Below, piece by piece: positions 56,504 to 64,000 of a stretch of DNA of 64,000 bases. Positions within the stretch are counted from its first letter, which is position 1; each line of letters starts with the position of its first letter. The DNA lies in IMG/VR virus record IMGVR_UViG_3300037419_001822, positions 49,440-113,439 of that record; one strand, given 5' to 3'. The position numbers and the translations under genes are program-made. Under the pieces are notes generated by a model. It searched no databases. It was not told the origin of the DNA and was given only the letters and a program-made list of their open reading frames with translations. This DNA comes from a virus.

Positions 56504-56755
56504 ATGGACCCCAAGCAGTTCGCCCTCGACACCGCCGAACGCGCCGCCAAGACGTTCATCCAGGCCCTCGTCGGCTTCTTCACCGCCGGGTCGCTGATCA
56601 CCCACGTCGACTGGAAGCAGGCGCTGCTCGTCGCCGCCTCCGCCGCCCTGTACTCCGTCCTGTCCTCGGTCGCCTCGCTGACCGTCGGCGACGGTGACGC
56701 CTCCCTCGTGCGGGCCCGCAAGGCCGACGAGCCCGGGGCGCACGAGGCCGTCTGA
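56504..56755 (+). CDS. Holin (r1t-like)
   Basis: DTAERAAKTFIQAL..VDW..SVLSSVAS. Confidence 0.85.
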   Translation: MDPKQFALDTAERAAKTFIQALVGFFTAGSLITHVDWKQALLVAASAALYSVLSSVASLTVGDGDASLVRARKADEPGAHEAV

Positions 56756-56783
56756 GCCCCGCCCCGACCGGAGGCGCTGACCG

Positions 56784-57071
56784 ATGACAGCCCTGGTGGC
56801 CTCCGGTGCCGACACCCTGGCGGGCACCGACCAGCCCACCTGGCAACTGCAGGCCCGCTCCGCCCCGTCATCCGGAACCTCGGTCACCACCCCGCTGGTG
56901 GACATCGTGCTCGGCCACCTGCCCGGCACGGTCACCCTCGCCGCGCCCTCCCTCGGCACCGCCGTGCTCGTGACCGCCTCCCTCGGCACCGCCGAGCTGG
57001 CCACCCCGGGCGGCGGCAGCGCCGTCCTCGTCTCCACCGACGTCGCCACGGCCGTCGTCGTCACCACCTGA
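56784..57071 (+). CDS. Hypothetical virion protein
   Basis: GGAGG RBS; Thr/Ala-rich. Confidence 0.5.
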   Translation: MTALVASGADTLAGTDQPTWQLQARSAPSSGTSVTTPLVDIVLGHLPGTVTLAAPSLGTAVLVTASLGTAELATPGGGSAVLVSTDVATAVVVTT

Positions 57072-57087
57072 GCCAGAAAGGACGACC

Positions 57088-57420
57088 GTGCCGGACTTCA
57101 CCATCAAGCAGCACGACACCAGACCGATCATCCAGGTCAACCTGGCCGTGGGCGGCAGCCTCGTGAACCTGACCACCGCCACCAGCGTCAGCTTCATCAT
57201 GGCCCCGGCACTCGGCGGGGCGGCCACCATCGACGCGGCGGCCACCATCGATGACGCCGCCACCGGCCTGGTCTCCTACACCTGGGCTGCCGGGGATACC
57301 GACACCGTCGGCAGCTTCGACGCCGAGTGGGAAGTGCTCTGGAGCGACGGCTCCAAGCAGACCTTCCCTACCGACTCCTACCTCTCCATCGAGATCGTCG
57401 CCGACCTGGACGGCTCCTGA
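57088..57420 (+). CDS. BppU-N-like adaptor domain protein
   Basis: FTIKQHDTRP..VNLT..GLVSYTW..DT..G.F.AEWEV..QTFPT. Confidence 0.75.
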   Translation: MPDFTIKQHDTRPIIQVNLAVGGSLVNLTTATSVSFIMAPALGGAATIDAAATIDDAATGLVSYTWAAGDTDTVGSFDAEWEVLWSDGSKQTFPTDSYLSIEIVADLDGS

Positions 57421-57722
57421 TGCCCACCCCCGCGCGCCCGTTCCCGCGCGACCGGGGCCACGACCGGGTGCCCTACCACCGGCGCTACCTCGACCAGCTC
57501 GGCCGCCCGCTGACCGGCAAGGTCACCATCACCCGCCGCGACCACCACGCCACCGGCGAGGTCGTCGTCCCCGCCGGGTCGGTCCCGGTCGAGCTGGTCG
57601 ACGGCCACCTCAACGTCCGGCTCGCTCCCGGTGAGTACGAGCTGACGGCGCAACTGCGCACCCGCGACAACGTCGGCGTCCTCCACCGGGACGTCGTCAC
57701 CGTCGCCGCCCCCGACGCCTGA
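57420..57722 (+). CDS. Hypothetical Ig-like protein
   Basis: TGATG overlap; GRPLTGKV..PGEYEL. Confidence 0.6.
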   Translation: MPTPARPFPRDRGHDRVPYHRRYLDQLGRPLTGKVTITRRDHHATGEVVVPAGSVPVELVDGHLNVRLAPGEYELTAQLRTRDNVGVLHRDVVTVAAPDA

Positions 57723-57736
57723 GAGGAGAACCCCTT

Positions 57737-57847
57737 ATGACCACCGACGGCAGCGGCATCACCGGCGAGGTGACCTGGGTCCTGACCGGACCCGACGGCA
57801 AGGTCAAGTCGTCTGGCGGAGATACGCCGCGAGAGCCTCGGCCCTAG
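57737..57847 (+). pseudogene. Orphaned 5' stub of the tail gene at 58292
   Basis: GAGGAG RBS; MTTDGSGITGEVTWVLTGPDGKVKSSG aligns with MLDNTEGLHGFVTWELRAADGTLKATG. Confidence 0.7.
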
Positions 57848-58262
57848 CGGGGTCGTCGGCGAGCATCCCGGCTGCTGCGTTGCAGCCATGACACAGCCAG
57901 CCACGGTAGACGTTCCGGTCGTGGCAGTGATCGACATCGGTGGCTGTCTCCTCACCGCAGGAGTCGCATAGTCCACCGGACATGACGTGGGCGATCTGCT
58001 CCTCCGTCATGCCGTACTTCGTCCGGTAGCGGTGTCTGAGGACGCTCACTCTCCGGCGATCGGGGTTCTCTTCTCGCCAGCGGCGAGCGGCCTCCCGACC
58101 CATGGATCGGATCTTCTCTAGCTCAACGGGATCCTTTCTGCGCTCGGCCACCCGAGCAGCCTGCTTGGCCCGGTTCTCGGGCTTGGCGTACCACTCGCGG
58201 GCTCGCTGTCTCGCACGTTCCCGCTCCTCTTCATCCATCTCGCGGCGTGGCGTCTTCGTCAT
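57804..58262 (-). mobile_element. Free-standing EndoVII-family (His-Cys) homing endonuclease
   Basis: KYGMT..CDSCG..VDHCH..RGWLCHGCN..GMLADD..AYL; only credible minus-strand gene. Confidence 0.85.
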
Positions 58263-58291
58263 GTCTCAAACATTACGACACAGGAGTGACA

Positions 58292-58819
58292 ATGTTGGAC
58301 AACACCGAGGGTCTGCACGGCTTCGTCACCTGGGAGCTGCGCGCGGCGGACGGGACGCTCAAGGCGACCGGCGAGTCTCGGAATATCATTACGGACGTCG
58401 GCGACACCCTGTACGCCCAGCGCGGCTCCGGCGTCGGCACCCCGGCCCAGCCGACCGGCATGAAGCTGGGCACCGGCTCCACCACGGCCGGGAACGCCCC
58501 GGCCAAGAACGGCACCGGTGCCGCGCTGGCCACCTACCTGTCCGGGTCGAACAAGGCGTTCGACGCCACCTTCCCGTCCGGTGCGCTGGCGGCCGGGCTC
58601 GGCTACACGGTCACCTACAAGCGGACCTACGCCGCCGGGGAGGCCACGAGCGCGAGCAACGCGATCACCGAGGCGGTCATCGTCACCGACACGATCGCCA
58701 CCGACGCCACCTCGACGGCGGCGAACACGATCAGCCGGGTCGCGCTGACCGGCATCGCATCCAAGCAGAGCACGGACACGCTGACCGTCACCTGGACGCA
58801 CAAGCTGCTCGGGGCGTAG
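58292..58819 (+). CDS. Virion/tail accessory protein
   Basis: AGGAG RBS; NIITDVG..GTGST..ITEA..DTLTVTW. Confidence 0.75.
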   Translation: MLDNTEGLHGFVTWELRAADGTLKATGESRNIITDVGDTLYAQRGSGVGTPAQPTGMKLGTGSTTAGNAPAKNGTGAALATYLSGSNKAFDATFPSGALAAGLGYTVTYKRTYAAGEATSASNAITEAVIVTDTIATDATSTAANTISRVALTGIASKQSTDTLTVTWTHKLLGA

Positions 58820-58837
58820 CCCTTCCCGACCAGCACT

Positions 58838-58872
58838 CCGGCCCCGTCCCGCCTCGCGCGGGGCGGGGCCGG
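58838..58872 (+). terminator. GC-rich stem-loop
   Basis: CCGGCCCCGTCCCGC / GCGGGGCGGGGCCGG (one G-T pair). Confidence 0.5.
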
Positions 58873-58908
58873 GCCATGTCCGCGCCCAGATGAGGGGGTG
58901 TCGCCGCG

Positions 58909-60222
58909 ATGGCGATCAGCCGCGTCGACACCGTCACGACGACCACGTCCAGCACGGCCACCACGATCACCCCGACGGCGGCGACCGGGGTGGCCTCCGG
59001 GGACCTGCTGATCGTGGTGTGCACCGCGTCCCGGGCCGCCGCCGTGTTCAGCGCGGCCTCCTACACCGGCTGGACGATCCTGCACGACCAGAACTCCGAC
59101 TCCTACAACACCCGGGTGCTGACCCGCATCGCCGACGGCTCGGCCGCCGACGCGCCGCCGCAGATGGACTACACGGGGGCCACCGCCGCCGCCATCGCCA
59201 TCGCCGCCGCCTACCGGGGGGTGGACACCACCACCCCGTTCATCGCCGAGAGCCTGGTCAACTACACCACGGCGGGCACGCTGGTGAACGGGCCGTCGCT
59301 GACCAACACCGACGCCGCCGCCTGGGGGGTGTTCTGGGCCGGGGCCCGCTCCACCATCCCGACCGCCCCGCCGGTGTCGTGGACGCCGGGCAGCGGGCTG
59401 CTGGAGCTGGAGGACTCTGACACCGGGCTGACCAACGCCAACGACTGCCCGAACACCTGGTGTGACTCGAACGGCACGGTGGCCACCGGCAGTGTCACCT
59501 ACTCGGCGACCCTGTCGGAGTCCGAGGCCCGCTCCCGGGCCTGGTCGGGGCTGCTGAAACCGGCCGTCGTCGGCGGCGGCACCGACTACACCGCGTCCCC
59601 GGCCGACACCGTGGGGCTCACCGATTCGGCGAGCACCACGCTGGGCGATCAGACCTGGGTCTCCGCGCGGGACTGGGTCGGCACCGACCCGTGGCCGGTC
59701 GGAGACAGCGCGACCGGCGCGGCGGTGAGCCCGGCCGACACCGTGCACGGTACCGACGCGGTCAGCGGCCTCCTCACTGTGGCCCGGTCGGCCGCCGATA
59801 CCGCCGGGCTCACCGACTCGGTGACCGCCACGATCGGCAACGTCGCCAACCCGGCCAGCACCCTCGGGCTCACCGACACGGTGACCGTCACCAAGAACCT
59901 GGTCCGCGCCCTCGCCGACACTGCCGGGCTGTCCGACGCGGTGACCGTCACCAAGAACCTCGCCCGCAGCGCCGCCGATTCCCTCGGGCTCACCGACCGA
60001 CTGCCGCTGCTGCCGCCGAGCACGGTGACGGCCGTGCCGGTCTCCACCACCCGGGTCGACCTGTCCTGGGACGTGGTGGCCGGGGCGACCGGCTACGACG
60101 TGCTGCGCGACGGCGTGGCGCTGGTCTCCGACCAGCCGGGCCACACCTACACCGACACCGGCGTCGCGGCGGGCCAGACCTACGTCTACACCGTGGTCGC
60201 CGTCCGGACCACGACCGGCTGA
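58909..60222 (+). CDS. Tail accessory protein with ADTxGLTD repeats and C-terminal FN3 domain
   Basis: GVASGDLLIV N-domain; repeats; VDLSWD..GYDVLRDG..YTDTG..YVYTVVA. Confidence 0.75.
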   Translation: MAISRVDTVTTTTSSTATTITPTAATGVASGDLLIVVCTASRAAAVFSAASYTGWTILHDQNSDSYNTRVLTRIADGSAADAPPQMDYTGATAAAIAIAAAYRGVDTTTPFIAESLVNYTTAGTLVNGPSLTNTDAAAWGVFWAGARSTIPTAPPVSWTPGSGLLELEDSDTGLTNANDCPNTWCDSNGTVATGSVTYSATLSESEARSRAWSGLLKPAVVGGGTDYTASPADTVGLTDSASTTLGDQTWVSARDWVGTDPWPVGDSATGAAVSPADTVHGTDAVSGLLTVARSAADTAGLTDSVTATIGNVANPASTLGLTDTVTVTKNLVRALADTAGLSDAVTVTKNLARSAADSLGLTDRLPLLPPSTVTAVPVSTTRVDLSWDVVAGATGYDVLRDGVALVSDQPGHTYTDTGVAAGQTYVYTVVAVRTTTG

Positions 60223-60253
60223 CCGCCGCCCACCCCAACCCGAGAGGACGGCC

Positions 60254-60619
60254 ATGGCCTGGCCCCCCGCGATCCACCAGGACGTCGAGGACAAGATCGA
60301 CGCCCTCGTGGCCCCGACCAAGAACACGATCAGCGGCAACTACACGCTGGTCGCCGCCGACGCGGCCGAGACGGTGCTGCACTCCACCGCCGCCTCGGCG
60401 GTCACGATCACCCTGCCGCAGGACTCGGCCGCCACCATCGCCCAGGAGGTGGCCATCCCGTGGCGGCAGTACGGCGCGGGGGTCATCACCTTCGCCGCCG
60501 GAACCGGGGCCACCGTGGTGTCCCGGGGCGCGGCGCTGTCCTCGGCCGGGCAGTACGCCGAGGGCCTGATCACCAAGGTTGCGGCCAACACCTGGCTGGT
60601 GAGCGGGGACCTGGCGTGA
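60254..60619 (+). CDS. Tail fibre-associated protein
   Basis: YTLVAADA..ITLP..QYGAG..NTWLVSGDLA. Confidence 0.7.
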   Translation: MAWPPAIHQDVEDKIDALVAPTKNTISGNYTLVAADAAETVLHSTAASAVTITLPQDSAATIAQEVAIPWRQYGAGVITFAAGTGATVVSRGAALSSAGQYAEGLITKVAANTWLVSGDLA

Positions 60620-61701
60620 CCCGGTCGGCGTTGCGGCGGGCCACGGCCAGCCGCCGACGCGGCGGTGGTGGGGGCGGGGGCCCGGTGCAGGGCATCCTGC
60701 TGTCCCCGGCCGAGATCGCCGCGCTGCCCGCCTCCGGCACCGAGTGGACCGCCATCGCCGACCGCTACGCCGCCCCCTACGGCGGCGCGTATGCGCTGGG
60801 CATCCGCGACGACTCGAACAAGGACGCGCTGGTCGCAGCCCTGTACGGGGCGCGGATGAGCGACTCGACGGCCAAGGGCACGGCCCGCGACATGATCAAC
60901 ACGATGATGGGCAACGGCCGCGACGACACCGACGTGCTGGCCACGCTGCGCAACATCTCGGCCTACATCCTGGCCGCCGACCTGATCGACCTGGCCACCT
61001 TCGACGCCACCACGGACGCCGCGTTCCGGTCCTGGCTGACCACCGAGCTGAGCCACCCCTACACCGGCGGTGGCGGCGGCGGATCGATCCTGTCGATCGC
61101 CGACTACAAGGCCAACAACTTCGGCACGCACGCCAACTGCGACCGGCTGATCGCCGGGCTGTATCTGGACGACCCGACGATGTACACCGACGCCCGCAAC
61201 GTCTGGTACGGCTGGCTGACCGGCGATCCGGCGTTCATCCCGGACCCGCGCAACTGGACGGGCACCAACTGGCAGGCCGACTACCTGGGCACCGCCCGGT
61301 ATGGCATCAATCCGGCCGGGGCCACCCGCGACACGCACGACTTCGGCGGGATCATCCCCGAAGACATGACCCGCCAGGGCGAGTACACCGGCGCGTGGCC
61401 GCCCTACACCGGCTCGTGGCCGCCGCCGACCGGCGGCGGGCAGAACTACATCCACGGCGCGACCGACGGGGCGACGCTGGCCTGCTGGATTATGCACCGG
61501 CAGGGCGAGGACGCCTGGAACTGGGGCGATCAGGCGATGCTCCGCCAGATGCAGTTCAAGTACTCGGTGTCGCAGACCCCCTACTCGGGGTTCATGTGGC
61601 AGACGTCGGTGATCAACAACGTGTACGGGCAGACGTTCGCCGACGTGGATCCGACGGCGACGTCGACCAATGTCGGCTACGGCGCGTGGTGGTCGATGTA
61701 G
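60616..61701 (+). CDS. Alginate-lyase-like polysaccharide depolymerase, probable virion form
   Basis: YILAADLI..KANNFGTHA..GIIPEDMTR..NYIHGA; coupled to the fibre-associated gene; no signal peptide. Confidence 0.65.
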   Translation: MTRSALRRATASRRRGGGGGGGPVQGILLSPAEIAALPASGTEWTAIADRYAAPYGGAYALGIRDDSNKDALVAALYGARMSDSTAKGTARDMINTMMGNGRDDTDVLATLRNISAYILAADLIDLATFDATTDAAFRSWLTTELSHPYTGGGGGGSILSIADYKANNFGTHANCDRLIAGLYLDDPTMYTDARNVWYGWLTGDPAFIPDPRNWTGTNWQADYLGTARYGINPAGATRDTHDFGGIIPEDMTRQGEYTGAWPPYTGSWPPPTGGGQNYIHGATDGATLACWIMHRQGEDAWNWGDQAMLRQMQFKYSVSQTPYSGFMWQTSVINNVYGQTFADVDPTATSTNVGYGAWWSM

Positions 61702-61734
61702 CCGTCCGCCGAGCCCGGGGTGTCTCAACATATC

Positions 61735-61790
61735 ACACGCCGGTCTCATCATATGAGACGAGTGTATAAACTCCTCATCCTGAGGCTCAA
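61735..61790 (+). promoter_or_regulatory. Operator-like palindrome and AT-rich promoter upstream of the secreted lyase
   Basis: GTCTCAT-CAT-ATGAGAC (61743-61759) flanked by ACAC/GTGT; TATAAACT downstream. Confidence 0.5.
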
Positions 61791-61838
61791 ACCGTTTCGG
61801 CGCGGCCTTCCTGCTACCCCCCTCGGAAGGGGACCGGT

Positions 61839-63854
61839 GTGATCACTGCACGACCGGCCAGGACCGCCATCGCGGTCGCCCTGGCCTTCCTCATGGCGAT
61901 CCTGGGGGTGGCCGTCGCGGCCAGCGCCCAGGCCGCCGACGACCCCCGCCTGGGCGACGCGCAGGCGCAGACCCAGGCCGCGCTGGACGCGCTCAACGCG
62001 GCCCCGGCCGACCTGTCCAGCGCGCACGACCAGCTCACCGCCGCGCTCGCCACGGTCGATGACATGATCGCCAACCCGCCGGTCACGGCCACCCCGGCCA
62101 CGCTGGCCCCGACCGCCGACACCTTCGTCAACGGCAACGCCCCGACCACCAGCTACGGGACCGACACCACGATGAAGGTGGACGACGGGTACCCCAAGAT
62201 CGCCTACGTCAAGTTCCCGGCCCCCTCGGGCACCGTCAACGACGCCACGCTGCGCCTGTACGGAGACGGCGCGCAGGACGACCTGCCGTTCGAGGTGTAC
62301 GAGGTCAGCTCGACCTGGCCCACCCCGATGACCTACAACAACCGGCCCACCCTGGGCACGCTGGTGGGCTCGGGCACGGTCGTGGCCAACGGTTACACCG
62401 AGGTCGCCGTCTCCGGGGTCAGCGACGGGGTCGTCCCGGCGTTCGCCATCGTCCGCTCCGGCACCGGCACCGACAGCATCTTCGCCACGAAGGAGTCGGC
62501 CAACGGCCCGCAGCTCGTCGTCAACGGCGGCGGGCAGCCCGGCCCGTTGAACACGGCCCCGACCGTCTCCGCCGGGGCCGACGGCTCGGTCACCCTGCCC
62601 GCCACGTACAGCCTGGACGGCACCGTCTCCGACGATGGCAACCCGCCCGGCGGCACGGTGACCACCGCCTGGACCACCGTGTCCGGGCCGGGCACCGTCA
62701 CCTTCGCCGACGCCACGGCGGTCGACACCACCGCCACCTTCTCCACGGCGGGCACCTACGTGCTGCGGCTGACCGCCGACGACACCGAGCTGGCCACCTC
62801 CGACGACATCACCGTCACCGTCAGCCCCGAGGTGGTCTCCCCGCCGCCGACCGGCGATGGCATCCTGCTCTCGGCCTCGGAGATCGCCGCGCTGCCCACC
62901 ACGGGCTCCGGCTGGCAGGCCATCGTGGACCGGGTCAACAGCCCCTACGGCGGCTGCTACTGCCTCGGGCAGCGGGACAAGTCCGACCTGGACGTCCTCG
63001 CCCACGCCCTGTACGGGGCGCGGGAGGGCGACACCACGGCCAAGAACTTCGTCCGCGACAAGATCAGCCACGTCATGACGGCGGGCCGGACCGACTCCGA
63101 CGTGCTGGCCACGCTGCGCAACTTCTCGTCCTACATCGTCTCGGCCGACCTGATCGACCTGAAGTCCTACGCCCCGACGGTGGACGCGAAGTTCCGCACC
63201 TGGATCTCGGCGGAGCTGAAGCACCAGTACTCCGGCGGTGGCGGCGGCGGATCGATCCTGTCGATCGCCGACTACAAGGCGAACAACTTCGGTACCCACG
63301 CCAACGCCGACCGGCTGATCGCGGGCCTGTACCTGGGTGACGACGCCATGTACACCGCCGCCCGCGACGTGTGGTACGGCTGGGCCACCGGGGACTCCTC
63401 CTACATCCCCAGCCCGCGCAACTGGACCGGCACGAACTGGCAGTGCGACTACCTCGGCTCGGCCCGCTACGGCATCAACCCGCAGGGCTGCACCCGGGAC
63501 GGGCACTCGTTCGACGGGATCATCCCCGAGGACATGACCCGGCAGGGCGAGTACAGCTCGACCTCGTGGCCGCCGCCGGGGGGTGCCGGGGACAACTACA
63601 TCCACGGCGCCATGGACGGTGCGACCCTGTCCTTCTGGGTGATCAGCCACCACGGGGCGGAGAGCGCCTGGGCGTGGGGCAACAACGCCGCGCTGCGCCA
63701 GATGCAGTGGAAGTACAACAACGGGCAGGCCCCCTACTCCGGGTTCAAGTGGCAGATTCCGGTGATCGAGAAGGCCTACGGGGTCTCCTTCGCCGGGAAC
63801 GACCCGACCGCCACGTCCACCAACTTCGGCTTCGCCGACTGGTGGGCCCAGTGA
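61839..63854 (+). CDS. Secreted multidomain protein: signal peptide + CBM96/DNRLRE-like + PKD-like + alginate-lyase-like domain
   Basis: Signal ending AQA; PTADTFV..YVKF..ATLRLY..SANGPQL; NTAPTVSAGAD..GTYVLRLTADD; C-terminal paralog of the 60616 protein. Confidence 0.75.
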   Translation: MITARPARTAIAVALAFLMAILGVAVAASAQAADDPRLGDAQAQTQAALDALNAAPADLSSAHDQLTAALATVDDMIANPPVTATPATLAPTADTFVNGNAPTTSYGTDTTMKVDDGYPKIAYVKFPAPSGTVNDATLRLYGDGAQDDLPFEVYEVSSTWPTPMTYNNRPTLGTLVGSGTVVANGYTEVAVSGVSDGVVPAFAIVRSGTGTDSIFATKESANGPQLVVNGGGQPGPLNTAPTVSAGADGSVTLPATYSLDGTVSDDGNPPGGTVTTAWTTVSGPGTVTFADATAVDTTATFSTAGTYVLRLTADDTELATSDDITVTVSPEVVSPPPTGDGILLSASEIAALPTTGSGWQAIVDRVNSPYGGCYCLGQRDKSDLDVLAHALYGAREGDTTAKNFVRDKISHVMTAGRTDSDVLATLRNFSSYIVSADLIDLKSYAPTVDAKFRTWISAELKHQYSGGGGGGSILSIADYKANNFGTHANADRLIAGLYLGDDAMYTAARDVWYGWATGDSSYIPSPRNWTGTNWQCDYLGSARYGINPQGCTRDGHSFDGIIPEDMTRQGEYSSTSWPPPGGAGDNYIHGAMDGATLSFWVISHHGAESAWAWGNNAALRQMQWKYNNGQAPYSGFKWQIPVIEKAYGVSFAGNDPTATSTNFGFADWWAQ

Positions 63855-63917
63855 CCCGCTGACCAGCCCCTCATCCGGGCCCGGCCCTTTTCCGACCGGC
63901 GAGGAGCGAGCTGAGCC

Positions 63918-64000
63918 GTGGCGATCAGCCTGGTGGGCACCACCAGCAAACCCGAGACGACCAGCGTCGCCAGCACCACCCCCACCCCGGTCACCGGGGT
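63918..64000 (+). CDS. Start of gene paralogous to 58909 (truncated by window end)
   Basis: GAGGAG RBS; VAISLVGTT..TTPTPVTG versus MAISRVDTV..TITPTAATG. Confidence 0.55.
   Translation, partial: MAISLVGTTSKPETTSVASTTPTPVTG

Noticed and set aside
57737-58291. Group I intron or intein around the endonuclease
   Set aside because: Endonuclease is antisense, there is no room for an intron core, and the downstream gene has its own RBS and start

Overview
About 64 kb of a high-GC (roughly 70%, by eye) actinobacteriophage or prophage of siphovirus type. Genes are almost all on the + strand and mostly coupled by ATGA/GTGA overlaps. Order of modules: (1) 1-14.4 kb, small early/middle genes including MazG-like, SsgA-like, SLOG/DUF2493, a replication initiator with internal iteron-like repeats, a DnaB-N/AAA helicase and a GH73 glucosaminidase. 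(2) 14.66-20.9 kb, repeat arrays, a consensus promoter, a GACAC cluster and a compositionally distinct, almost lysine-free gene island ending at a terminator and a candidate cos region. (3) 21-29.6 kb, HNH nucleases, a structured late leader, metallophosphoesterase, Excalibur/Pro-Thr membrane protein, glycosyltransferase, methyltransferase, tRNA-Gln, tRNA-Ser and an Acb2/Tad1-like protein. (4) 29.6-54.6 kb, HK97-type head and long non-contractile tail genes, interrupted by a secreted Rpf-LysM-peptidase gene. (5) 55-56.8 kb, lysis genes. (6) 56.8-64 kb, tail accessory genes with an inverted EndoVII homing endonuclease and two paralogous alginate-lyase-like genes. No integrase, repressor, CRISPR or rRNA is visible. 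The best candidates for new biology are the end-proximal lysine-free island with covarying hairpin elements (possible first-injected anti-defence segment), a host-development toolkit (SsgA, Rpf, WhiA-type GACAC boxes), a homing endonuclease that carries a replacement gene start, and a virion/secreted depolymerase pair. Family assignments come from motif recognition only; no searches were run.
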